Shown here: positions 36,579 through 45,769 of the stretch, piece after piece | Layout of the letters: every line of letters starts with the position of its first letter | Position numbering within the stretch: position 1 is the stretch's first letter | DNA from: Stellaceae bacterium | GTDB lineage: Bacteria > Pseudomonadota > Alphaproteobacteria > ATCC43930 > CGMCC-115725 | Reading direction: 5' to 3' | NCBI GenBank assembly: GCA_045802495.1 | Contig: JBJMQW010000497.1 | Span: 1-58,901 of the forward strand | Length of the DNA stretch: 58,901 nt | Notes under the pieces: generated by a model | Databases searched by the model: none | What the model was told of the DNA's origin: nothing | The model's input: only the letters and a program-made list of their open reading frames with translations | Program-made: the position numbers and the translations under genes

Positions 36579-37621
36579 TGGAGGTAGTCTGCCATAATTT
36601 CCACCGCCTTCACTGCGGCATGCCCATCGCCATAGTCGGTGATCTCGCGGCGCGCGGCGTAGTCCGGCCCCCTCCACAAGCGGTTCCAACCGGCAGCAAT
36701 GGTTTCCACCCATTCGGTTTCGCTGCGCAGGGTAACACATGGAACGCGGTGAAAATAAGCCTCCTTTTGCAGTCCGCCCGAATCAGTGAACACAGTGACG
36801 GCGGATTGGATCAATCGATGCATATCGAGATACCCGAGCGGGTCGCAAAGGGTCAGCCGGCCGGGATCGATATGCCATTCCGCAAGCTGCTTTCGGGTTC
36901 GAGGATGGATCGGAAAGACGATCGGATAGTCACGGGCTCGATCGTTGAGAAAGGTGAAGACTGCGTTTAATGCTTCTGGCTCGTCAGTGTTCTCGGCGCG
37001 ATGCAGTGTGGCGACAGCGTAGGTCCGCCCGTCGATCCCAAATCGTTGAAGCACCTCGGACTGGTTGAAGTTGGCCGCTGCGAAGCGGACGGCATCGTAC
37101 ATGACATCGCCGATGTCGTGCACCCCGGCGACGATCCCCTCGCGGCGGAGATTCTCGACCGCGGTTTGAGTTGGGCAGAGGAGTAGGGTGCTGACATGGT
37201 CAGTAAGCACTCGGTTTATTTCTTCCGGCATGCGTCGGTTGAAGGACCGCAGCCCCGCCTCGAGGTGGGCGATTGGTATGTGAAGCTTGCCGGCTGCGAG
37301 CGCGCCGGCCAATGTCGAATTCGTGTCGCCCGGCACCAGAACGAGGTCCGGCATTTCCGCCATCATTACGTGTTCGAGCGCCTGCAGCATTCTGCCGGTC
37401 ATCTCGCCGTGGTGGCCGCCGTGAATTCCGAGATTGATACTGGGCTCCGGGATTTGCAGTTCGTCAAAGAAGACCCGAGACAGCGCCGGATCGTGGTGCT
37501 GGCCGGTGTGAACCAGAACCTCGCTGAGGTCGTCGCGAGCGGCGATAGCTCGAGAAATGCCCGCCGCCTTGACAAATTGCGGGCGAGCACCGACGACCGT
37601 AAGAATACGTAATGCGCTCAC
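36542..37621 (-). CDS. wecB: UDP-N-acetylglucosamine (or UDP-diNAc-uronate) 2-epimerase, non-hydrolysing (WecB/WbpI-like)
   Basis: Motifs ILTVVGARPQFVKAA, HTGQHHD, GDTNSTLAGALAA and SGGLQKEA. Confidence 0.9.
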   Translation of the reverse strand: MSALRILTVVGARPQFVKAAGISRAIAARDDLSEVLVHTGQHHDPALSRVFFDELQIPEPSINLGIHGGHHGEMTGRMLQALEHVMMAEMPDLVLVPGDTNSTLAGALAAGKLHIPIAHLEAGLRSFNRRMPEEINRVLTDHVSTLLLCPTQTAVENLRREGIVAGVHDIGDVMYDAVRFAAANFNQSEVLQRFGIDGRTYAVATLHRAENTDEPEALNAVFTFLNDRARDYPIVFPIHPRTRKQLAEWHIDPGRLTLCDPLGYLDMHRLIQSAVTVFTDSGGLQKEAYFHRVPCVTLRSETEWVETIAAGWNRLWRGPDYAARREITDYGDGHAAVKAVEIMADYLQCCAKAASRPSS

Positions 37622-38679
37622 CCGTAAGCGGCGCGCAGTTCAGGCATAAAGCGCTCATGCTGCAACATGCGTGACGCGATCAGGTCGCGATTGGCTTGCG
37701 TCCACTCGATCGTGCGGACGAGGCCGTCGCGCAAGGGCGTCGTGGCGGCAAATTTCAGCTGGGCGCAGGCCTTCTCCGTAGCGCCAAAGCGCCTGCCCGA
37801 GCGGTCCCAAGAGCGCGCCGGTGCAAGCGCCAACGGCGCCGGGTTGCCGGTCAGTTCATTGACCGAATGGGCGAGATCGAGGATCGACGTCTCGATTCCA
37901 GAGGCAAGATTGTAGACTTCGCCCGATTTTCCGTGCAACGCGCAGGCGAGAAGGCCGCGCACAATGTCATCAACGAAAATAAAGTCGCGGGAGGCAATGC
38001 CGCCGTTGTCGACCGGCAGCTGCTCGCGATGCAACGCCCTCCAGATGAAGCTCGGCGTGACATTGCGCCAGACCGTATGCGGGGTGCCGCGCCATCGTCC
38101 GGCGCCGAGGATTTCGCCCGGCCCATAGACATTTTGAAATCGGGCTTTCACCAAGGGCAAGCCGTATTGCAGGAAGTAATAGTTGCCGTACATCTCGCCG
38201 ATCAGCTTCGAGATCGAATAGGGGCTGTCGTGATACAGCGAGATCGAAGCGTCCTCGGTGGTGGCTGTGGCCTCGTCAAAAGTCTTGGCCGCCGCCGCGC
38301 AACCGGCTGAAGCATAGACGACCTTGTGGAGCGAACCGAAACGCCGCAGCCGTTCGAACAGCTTTAGTGTCGTCAGCGTGTTGTTTTGATGGTCAGCGAG
38401 CGGGTCGTGGATCGAGGATTGGTTGCCATGATAGCAGGCGAGGTGAAAGACGAAATCGAGATCGCCCGGCAGCTGATCGAGCACCCTGTCATCGGCTATC
38501 GAACCGAGCACGAACTCGATTGCGGGACGTTTCGGCACATTGCCGATGTCCGCCGATAGCAGATTGTCGACGATCAACAGCCGGCGGAGGTCATACTGTA
38601 AAAGCCGGCGCACGAGATTGCCGCCGACAAATCCTGCACCGCCCACCACGAGGATCGAACGACCGTTGAAGGTCGGCAT
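37618..38679 (-). CDS. NAD-dependent epimerase/dehydratase (extended SDR)
   Basis: Lies inside ORF 37618..38754. ATG 38679 lies 2 nt after the upstream stop. Motifs VVGGAGFVGGNL and YSISK (YxxxK). Confidence 0.85.
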   Translation of the reverse strand: MPTFNGRSILVVGGAGFVGGNLVRRLLQYDLRRLLIVDNLLSADIGNVPKRPAIEFVLGSIADDRVLDQLPGDLDFVFHLACYHGNQSSIHDPLADHQNNTLTTLKLFERLRRFGSLHKVVYASAGCAAAAKTFDEATATTEDASISLYHDSPYSISKLIGEMYGNYYFLQYGLPLVKARFQNVYGPGEILGAGRWRGTPHTVWRNVTPSFIWRALHREQLPVDNGGIASRDFIFVDDIVRGLLACALHGKSGEVYNLASGIETSILDLAHSVNELTGNPAPLALAPARSWDRSGRRFGATEKACAQLKFAATTPLRDGLVRTIEWTQANRDLIASRMLQHERFMPELRAAYG

Positions 38680-38681
38680 GG

Positions 38682-39623
38682 TTATGGCCGCGCACCGGGC
38701 GCAGGGCGCAGGTGGCTGTAAGTCACGGAAACGCCGTGAGCATCGTACCAGCACAGCATCCGCCGGACCGTTTCGGAGAAATCGACCTCTGCTTCCCAGC
38801 CGAGCAGAGAGCGAGTGCGGCCGGGATCCAGCACCACGGCGGGGATGTCGTCGGCGCCGAACGGAACCACCGGGACCGGCATTGTCTGCTCGATGCCCAA
38901 ATGCGCCGTCACTGCTTCAAGGACCTCCCTGATCGAATGGCCGATACCTGTGGAGACGTTAAAAATGCCGGTCGGCGCGCCGTCATGCAGGACCTTGTCC
39001 ATGAGATCGAGAAAATCGGCCATGTCGAGGAAGTCGCGCACTGCATCGGTGCAGAAGCATTTCTGGCCAGCCTTTAGCCGCTGATAAAACGTCGGGATCG
39101 GGCCGATCGCCAGCCGTGGTCCCGAAATATTGGCGAGGCGCAGTGAGACCCAAGAAAGCTCGCTGATGGCGACATAAGCCTCTCCGGCCGTTTTGGTAAT
39201 TCCATAACTCGTGATCGGCCGGGTCGGGTGGTCGACCGGGATGGGGATCCGCTCGGGTCGCCCATAGCACAGCGCGGTCTGAAAATTGACAAAGCGTTTC
39301 ACCTCGGCGCGCCGCGCCGCATCGATAATATTGATAGTCCCGTCGATGTTGGTGGCCGCGTCCTCGCGCCAGTTACCGGGATCCTTGTAGGCAGCGGCAC
39401 TGTGGATAACATGCGTGGGAGCGAAACGCGTAAAGGCGCCGTCGACGAGATCCCGGTCGGCGATCGTACCGCAAACCACCGTGAGCCCTGGGACATCGGG
39501 CAGCACTTCGCGCCGAGCGGTCGCAAAATTGTCGATGACCAGAATTTCATGGCCTTGCGGCAGATAGGTCTCGATCAGGTTCGAACCGAGGCAGCCGGCG
39601 CCGCCGGTTATCAGGATTCTCAC
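38682..39623 (-). CDS. NAD-dependent epimerase/dehydratase (extended SDR), paralogue A
   Basis: Motifs ILITGGAGCLGSN and YGITK. It aligns along its full length with the next gene. Confidence 0.85.
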   Translation of the reverse strand: MRILITGGAGCLGSNLIETYLPQGHEILVIDNFATARREVLPDVPGLTVVCGTIADRDLVDGAFTRFAPTHVIHSAAAYKDPGNWREDAATNIDGTINIIDAARRAEVKRFVNFQTALCYGRPERIPIPVDHPTRPITSYGITKTAGEAYVAISELSWVSLRLANISGPRLAIGPIPTFYQRLKAGQKCFCTDAVRDFLDMADFLDLMDKVLHDGAPTGIFNVSTGIGHSIREVLEAVTAHLGIEQTMPVPVVPFGADDIPAVVLDPGRTRSLLGWEAEVDFSETVRRMLCWYDAHGVSVTYSHLRPAPGARP

Positions 39624-40558
39624 AAATTCCTCGCGGCGCGAAGGTGCGTATAGCCACCCTGCACCCCGTGATCCCGGTAATAGGCGACGGTGGTATCGAC
39701 GATCTCGTTGAGAGGTGTGAAGGTCATGTCGCCAAAATCGTGGAAGGTGCGCGAGGGATCCAAGAGGATAGTCGGCGCATCGTCTTCCCCGAGCGGCCGC
39801 ATCTCGGGCTGCGGATAATCGTTGAGCTTCATCGCGCGCACGACGGCGTCGTAGAGCTCCTTGATCGCGACATCGCGTCCTGAGGAGAAATGATAGGTGC
39901 CGTTCCCAATGCCGTCGGCTGCCCTCAGCACTACACGGGCGAGGTCGCGCACAAAGACGAAGTCACGCCGTGCTTCGGTAACGAAGCAGGGCTTCCCCTG
40001 CGACAGCCGTTCGAAAAATATCGGCAATGGCCCGCTGACGTTGCGCGGCCCAATGACATTGGCGAGACGGAAGGTGATCCAGTCGACGCCGCTGAGCTGA
40101 ATGTAGTTCTCACCGGCGGTCTTCGAAATCGCGTAGCTGTTTCTCGCGGGATTGACCGGGTGGTTCAGCGTAATCGGCTGCTCGGCCGGGTGAGTACCGT
40201 AGCACAGCGCAGTCTGAAAGTAGACGAGGCGGCCAACCTTGTGGTCCTTGCAGGCACGCGCCACGTTGGCGCTGCCGACGCAGTTGGTCAAAGCGTCGGC
40301 CTCCCAGGCGTCCGGATCCTTGTAGGAAGCGGCGGTGTGGACGACCACGTCGGGACGGAAATCGCCGATAAGGCCGTCTATCACCCGCGCATCCGTAATA
40401 CTGTCCTCGATGAGGCGGAGATTGGGGTGCGGCGAAAGATTGTCTCGACGGCCAGTCGCAAAATTGTCGATCGCGACGACCTCGTCGCCGCGGCCGAGCA
40501 GCAAATCGACCACGGTTGAGCCGACCAGACCCGAGCCGCCGGTTACAAGCACTTTCAT
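39620..40558 (-). CDS. NAD-dependent epimerase/dehydratase (extended SDR), paralogue B
   Basis: Motifs VLVTGGSGLVGST and YAISK. 4-nt overlap with the downstream gene. Confidence 0.85.
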   Translation of the reverse strand: MKVLVTGGSGLVGSTVVDLLLGRGDEVVAIDNFATGRRDNLSPHPNLRLIEDSITDARVIDGLIGDFRPDVVVHTAASYKDPDAWEADALTNCVGSANVARACKDHKVGRLVYFQTALCYGTHPAEQPITLNHPVNPARNSYAISKTAGENYIQLSGVDWITFRLANVIGPRNVSGPLPIFFERLSQGKPCFVTEARRDFVFVRDLARVVLRAADGIGNGTYHFSSGRDVAIKELYDAVVRAMKLNDYPQPEMRPLGEDDAPTILLDPSRTFHDFGDMTFTPLNEIVDTTVAYYRDHGVQGGYTHLRAARNL

Positions 40559-40594
40559 TCTTGACGTCTCTCCTCGTTGGATCTGCAGCGGGCG

Positions 40595-42553
40595 TCAGCG
40601 CGCTGCGCCGGCGACCAGAGGCAACTCGTCCCCGGGCATCTCGGCCAACATTTGGCGATATCGCGCAGACCGGTCGTGGAATGTCTGATGCCACAATTCG
40701 AGGCTCAACAAGCCCCAGGTCTTGCGCGAGAAGCGCCCCGCGCTTTCGAAATTGGCAAGCACCGCCTCGGCATTCAGATAAGGGCGCTGGCGAGCGTTGC
40801 GGCTGCGGAACGTGTCCTGGACAAGATCGCGCAACTCGCCCGAAAACCACTCCTTCAGCGGGACCGGAAAGCCCATCTTGTCGCGCCGCCCTGAAATCTC
40901 GGGAGGAAGGTGCTGATCGTAGGCCAGCTTGAGCAAATGCTTCATCCGGCCGCCTTTGAACTTGACATCGGCGGGTATCGTCGCGGCGAATTCGATCAGC
41001 GGATGGTCGAGCAGAGGCACCCGGCTCTCCAGCCCATGCGCCATGCTCATCCGGTCTTCGACTTGCAGCAGGGCCGGAAGCAGGCATTTGAAATCGAAAT
41101 GGGTCATCTTGTCAAAATAGGCTTCCTTGTGGACGTTGCTCTGATTGTTGAAGATTGCGAGAAAACTGTCGCGGACGCGGGCCTTGTCGAGCAGCGTCCA
41201 GTCGACCTCGTCCTCCATATCGGTTGAGCGGTCGACGAGCCGGAAATAGCGCTCATCAAGCCCGCCAAAGAGGCCCTCGCGCCAGAACTCGCTCATCAGC
41301 GGCTTGTATTCGCGCAGTAGCCCGAGGTTTGGAACAATCGATTCTATGGTGACGACAAAATTGCCGTTTTTGTAGGTCCCATCGAGCGCTGCCTTGATGC
41401 ATTGCTCGAAATAGGCAAGCAGGTAGCGCGCATAGCCGCCGAAGATCTCGTCGCCGCCTTGGCCCCCGAGCACCACTTTCAAATGTTGCGCGGCCAGTTG
41501 CGAGACAATGAATTGCGGGAACGAGCCAGGCCCGGCCACCGGAAAATCGAGGTGATAGAGCACGTCTCCGATGTGGTCGCGGAAGTGCCGAGCGGTGATG
41601 TCGACGACCTGCAGCTTGCTGCCTGCGCGCTCGGCGGCCACTGCGGCATAATTGCTTTCGTCGTAGCCCGGGAATTCAGTAAAGCGCCCGTGAAAACAGT
41701 TGCCGATGCCGTGCTCGGTCTGGCCGGCGAGAATCGCGATCAGGCTCGAATCGAGGCCGCCGGAAACATAGGAGCCGACCGGCACGTCGCTGCGCAGATG
41801 CAAGCAGACCGATTCCCCGAGCAATTCGACGAGCCGGTTTTCGAAATAGCGTGGACTGTGATCGTAGTCGATCTCGTACCGGACGTCCCAATAACGCCGC
41901 ACCTGGACCCGCCCGTTCTCGACGAGAAGCAAATGACCAGGCAGCAACTGTTTGATGCCGCGAAACAGCGTCGCTTCGCCGATCGGGTATTGGAAGGTCA
42001 AATACTCGGCGAGCGCCTCCGGGTCACTGGCAATCTCGGGCACGAACGGCAGTAGCGCCTTCGCCTCCGAGGCGAACGCGAGCAAGTTGCCGACGATGGT
42101 GTAATAGAACGGCTTTATTCCGAAACGGTCGCGCGCGCAGAACAGGCGCTTTCGCCGATCATCCCAGATTGCGAAGGCAAACATCCCGCGCAGATGACCG
42201 AGGCAGTCGATATCGTACCGATCATAGGCGGCGAGAATGCATTCGGTGTCCGAAGCCGAGAAAAACGGCCATTTTGCGGATAGAGCAGCACGCAGCTCGA
42301 GGTAGTTGTAGATTTCTCCATTGTAAGTAATGGCAGTCGGACCCGACGCAATCATCGGCTGCTTCGCCGCCGCAGTCAAATCGATGATTGCCAGACGGCG
42401 ATGCGCGAGCCCAGCCTGTCGAGATGCGGCAATCCAGGCGCCTTCGCCATCCGGCCCGCGATGCGCAATCAGCTGGCTGAGCAGCTCGAGGGAGGCGTTG
42501 AGCCGCGGGATCGGCGTCCCGCTGATCGACACGACGCCAGCTATCCCGCACAT
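40595..42553 (-). CDS. Asparagine synthase-family glutamine amidotransferase (AsnB-like) 2
   Basis: 652 aa. N-terminal MCGIAG and PP-loop SGGLDSS. Confidence 0.9.
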   Translation of the reverse strand: MCGIAGVVSISGTPIPRLNASLELLSQLIAHRGPDGEGAWIAASRQAGLAHRRLAIIDLTAAAKQPMIASGPTAITYNGEIYNYLELRAALSAKWPFFSASDTECILAAYDRYDIDCLGHLRGMFAFAIWDDRRKRLFCARDRFGIKPFYYTIVGNLLAFASEAKALLPFVPEIASDPEALAEYLTFQYPIGEATLFRGIKQLLPGHLLLVENGRVQVRRYWDVRYEIDYDHSPRYFENRLVELLGESVCLHLRSDVPVGSYVSGGLDSSLIAILAGQTEHGIGNCFHGRFTEFPGYDESNYAAVAAERAGSKLQVVDITARHFRDHIGDVLYHLDFPVAGPGSFPQFIVSQLAAQHLKVVLGGQGGDEIFGGYARYLLAYFEQCIKAALDGTYKNGNFVVTIESIVPNLGLLREYKPLMSEFWREGLFGGLDERYFRLVDRSTDMEDEVDWTLLDKARVRDSFLAIFNNQSNVHKEAYFDKMTHFDFKCLLPALLQVEDRMSMAHGLESRVPLLDHPLIEFAATIPADVKFKGGRMKHLLKLAYDQHLPPEISGRRDKMGFPVPLKEWFSGELRDLVQDTFRSRNARQRPYLNAEAVLANFESAGRFSRKTWGLLSLELWHQTFHDRSARYRQMLAEMPGDELPLVAGAAR

Positions 42554-42589
42554 GTTTTATTCTTCTCCATCGGCAGACGCCTGCGATCC

Positions 42590-43867
42590 TCACGCATTCG
42601 CCGGTATCGGCATCGCTGTCACCGGAGCATCGAGCAACCCGGCCACCAGGCTCCGCAATCGGGTTGCCTCGGTCTGCCAGCGCAGCTTTCGCGCGAGTAC
42701 AGCGGTATTAATGCGCAGTGATTCACTATCACCGGCACACAGTTCAATTGCTCGAGCCAATGCCGTCGGGTCGAGCCGTGTCAAGCAGACCCCGACCCGG
42801 AAATCACCAATGATGGCCTCGATCTCCGGAAGCGGTGCGCGAACGAACGGCAGACCTGCCGCAATGATTTGGAAGAAGCCGTTGGGCAATGCGCTGCGGT
42901 AGTTGTCAGAGTAAGGCTCGTAAATAACCAATCCGATATCGGCCGTCCCGATAACCGGGACCACCTCGTCCGGGGCAGCGAAGCGGCCGAAGTGAAGCCG
43001 CCGGCCGACAGGCGCGTTCGCCAGGATTTGCGCCGGCTTGTCGTAGCCGCGTCCCAGGAAGGCGAGGTGAAACCGCTCCGGCAAGCGAGCGAGCGCTTCC
43101 ACCGCAACCGTGAGCGCCATACCGGGCTTCCAGTTGCCGACCACGACACAAAGCTTGTCCTCCGGCATGAGCCCCAATTGCGTCCGCAGATCATGCGCAA
43201 CAGCGCGATCCAACCGCTCGTCATGGCAATTGCGGATCACGATCGGTCGTCGTCCGAAAGCGCCCGTCATCAGATCGGCGACCCCATCGCTTACCGTGAC
43301 CACCGCATCGGCATCGGCGACGAGCCGGTCTTCGAGCTTGTTCAAGAACGGACGCATCCAATTGCGGTCGAATGACGACTGCCGCTCGGCTGGCTCGATG
43401 CCTCGGTAAAAGTCGTGTGCGTCATAGATCACCTTGGCACTCAGCCGCGAGGCGGCCGGTGCGACGATCCGATGAAGCTCGAAGGAATGCAAATAATAGA
43501 GGTCAGCTGGCGGGAGCAGATGACCCGGTTGACGACAATGCCGCCACCAATCGTAGCCACGAAATCCGGAATAGAGCGCCAGTTCCCCTGCTTTGCCCAG
43601 CCTTCCGCGGCGCAAGGCGTTGAGCGTGTTCCGCAACGGCGCACCAGACCTCTTGAGTGGAGTGGTCGCGGTGCTGGAATTTGCGGTCGATCTTACCTCG
43701 ATCTCCGGCCCCCAGAACGGCCGCTCGCTCGCCCGGCCCTCGATCACCAGAGAACGGAAGCCCGCATCAGCGAGGCTGCGCGCAATGCGAAACGCGCGAC
43801 TGTCGGCATCGAGCGATACCGGTGTCAACGAGACGGCGGTTGCCTGGCCCGGCTCATCCCTCATCAT
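42590..43867 (-). CDS. GT-B fold glycosyltransferase (GT4-like)
   Basis: Lies inside ORF 42590..44533. Start is ATG 43867 in an ATGA overlap with the AsnB-3 stop. C-terminal motif ALPNGFFQIIAAGLPFV. The longer ORF prefix overlaps AsnB-3 out of frame. Confidence 0.75.
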   Translation of the reverse strand: MMRDEPGQATAVSLTPVSLDADSRAFRIARSLADAGFRSLVIEGRASERPFWGPEIEVRSTANSSTATTPLKRSGAPLRNTLNALRRGRLGKAGELALYSGFRGYDWWRHCRQPGHLLPPADLYYLHSFELHRIVAPAASRLSAKVIYDAHDFYRGIEPAERQSSFDRNWMRPFLNKLEDRLVADADAVVTVSDGVADLMTGAFGRRPIVIRNCHDERLDRAVAHDLRTQLGLMPEDKLCVVVGNWKPGMALTVAVEALARLPERFHLAFLGRGYDKPAQILANAPVGRRLHFGRFAAPDEVVPVIGTADIGLVIYEPYSDNYRSALPNGFFQIIAAGLPFVRAPLPEIEAIIGDFRVGVCLTRLDPTALARAIELCAGDSESLRINTAVLARKLRWQTEATRLRSLVAGLLDAPVTAMPIPANA

Positions 43868-45765
43868 GCCGTCACCGCGAAGACGCGGCCCCAGATGCCG
43901 AGGCTGATGATCCGCCACAGCGAGAAATCGACCGGTCGTCGTCCTTCGAGCATGTCGGCAGCGTGTGCCCGAACGCCCTTGGCGTTCAGCAGCCAGGGAT
44001 AGCGGGTGAGCGTCTGCTCGACACCGGCCAAGACCAGTTCGCGCAGCGGCCCACGAAACCATTCCTCCTCGGGTGTCGTGAAGCCGAGCTTGTCGCGCCG
44101 GTTGCAGACCATTTCCGGAAGAATGCCGCCCATCGCCCTGCGCAACACCCGCTTGGTATCGCCGCCGACGATCTTGTGCCGGTCGCCGAGCGCGATCGCG
44201 AATTCCACCAGGCGATGATCGAGAAACGGCACCCGCGCCTCGATGCCATGCGCCATGCTGTTGCGGTCTTCCCAGTGCAACAACATCGCCAGGTTTGACG
44301 ATTGGGTCAGCACCACGCAAAGATCGCCGAGATCGGCGACCGGCGGGCGGCCGATGCTTTCGCGAGCGGTTTCGAACGGGCTTCTGCCGAGATGCGGGCG
44401 GAGCGCCTCCCCATCGAGCCAATTGTGCTGCACCAAGGCCTGTCGCTCGCGCCGCAGCCAGCGGGCGAGCTTGGCGGGGAGCAGCGGCAACAGAAAAGTC
44501 CGAGCTTGTTCGGCGAGCGGGACGCCATGCCATGCTTGACGCTGCAGCATGGCGCAGAGAAGGGTCACGAACCGCCGCTGCCTGATCAGATTGGCGAAAT
44601 AATAGGAGAAACCGCCATGGTAGCCGGCGAGCTGCTCATCGGCGCCTTGTCCATCGAGCATCACCTTGAGGCCGGCCCGCCGCGCGGCTTCGAACACACA
44701 CCATTGGGCAAAGATGCTGGTGCTGCCGTAGGGCTCGTCTTGATGCCAGGTAATCCGCTCGGCCAGCGCAAAGGCGTCCTCGACGCGCGGGTAGCACCAA
44801 TGCGGGATGCACTGCGCCTGCTCGACGACCGACTCCATAAACGGGCGTTCATCGACGCTCTTTATGTCATAGCAGGCGCTGACGCTGTTCACTTTGGCGC
44901 CGTTGCCTCCATTCTCGAGCTCACGCGCCATCAGACACACGATCGACGAGCTGTCGAGTCCGCCCGAGAGGCAACTGCCCACAGGGACATCCGAACGCAG
45001 GTGAATGCGCACCGATTCAGCCAACAGCGAGCGGAATCGGGCGCCCGCCTCGCGTTCGTCGACGGCAATCGTCCCCGGCTCCAGGATACCGTACCAACGA
45101 CGCACCGGCAGCGCCGCGCCGACACGCCAGTGCTGCGGATCGACGCGCACGCATTCGCCGCCGCGCAGCTGACGCACCCCGTCAAAGAGGGTCTCGTCGG
45201 TATGCTCCATGATGCCGGAGGACAAAAAGTCGTAGGCCCGGGCGACGTTCAGACGTGCCGCGAAGCCCGGTAGATCGAGAAACTGTTTGATCTCGGAGGC
45301 AAAAGCGAGACCCACGGACGTGACAAAGAGATAGAGCGGCTTGATGCCGAAATGGTCGCGCGCGGCAAAGGCAATCCGCTCCTGCTGGTCCCACAGGACA
45401 AAAGCAAACATGCCGACCAGCCGGTCGAGCGCCGCCTCGCCCCACTCTGCGTAGGCGGCAAGCAGCACTTCCGTATCGGACTCTGTCCGAAACGGATGCC
45501 CTGCTGCCTGAAGCTCCTCGCGCAGTTCGAGGTAATTGTAGATCTCGCCGTTGTAGACCACCCAATAACGGCCGTCGGCGTAGGACATCGGCTGCAGAGC
45601 GGCGTCAGAGAGGTCGATGATGCTGAGCCGGCGGTGACCGAGCGCCACCGGCCCGACCGTGCTTTCGAACACCCTCCAGCCGCTGCCGTCCGGCCCGCGA
45701 TGCGCCACCGCATCGATGTGGGTAGGGTTGGGCGCGAAGCCGAGAGAGAACCAGATGCCGCACAT
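43864..45765 (-). CDS. Asparagine synthase-family glutamine amidotransferase (AsnB-like) 3
   Basis: 633 aa. N-terminal MCGIWF and PP-loop SGGLDSS. Confidence 0.9.
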   Translation of the reverse strand: MCGIWFSLGFAPNPTHIDAVAHRGPDGSGWRVFESTVGPVALGHRRLSIIDLSDAALQPMSYADGRYWVVYNGEIYNYLELREELQAAGHPFRTESDTEVLLAAYAEWGEAALDRLVGMFAFVLWDQQERIAFAARDHFGIKPLYLFVTSVGLAFASEIKQFLDLPGFAARLNVARAYDFLSSGIMEHTDETLFDGVRQLRGGECVRVDPQHWRVGAALPVRRWYGILEPGTIAVDEREAGARFRSLLAESVRIHLRSDVPVGSCLSGGLDSSSIVCLMARELENGGNGAKVNSVSACYDIKSVDERPFMESVVEQAQCIPHWCYPRVEDAFALAERITWHQDEPYGSTSIFAQWCVFEAARRAGLKVMLDGQGADEQLAGYHGGFSYYFANLIRQRRFVTLLCAMLQRQAWHGVPLAEQARTFLLPLLPAKLARWLRRERQALVQHNWLDGEALRPHLGRSPFETARESIGRPPVADLGDLCVVLTQSSNLAMLLHWEDRNSMAHGIEARVPFLDHRLVEFAIALGDRHKIVGGDTKRVLRRAMGGILPEMVCNRRDKLGFTTPEEEWFRGPLRELVLAGVEQTLTRYPWLLNAKGVRAHAADMLEGRRPVDFSLWRIISLGIWGRVFAVTA

Positions 45766-45769
45766 GGTC

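Noticed and set aside
33404-45765. AsnB homologues as lasso-peptide cyclases or another RiPP system
   Set aside because: All three retain the N-terminal catalytic Cys (MCGI) of true glutamine amidotransferases. No precursor peptide, transglutaminase-like protease or RiPP recognition gene is nearby. The context is entirely sugar-nucleotide and glycosyltransferase genes.
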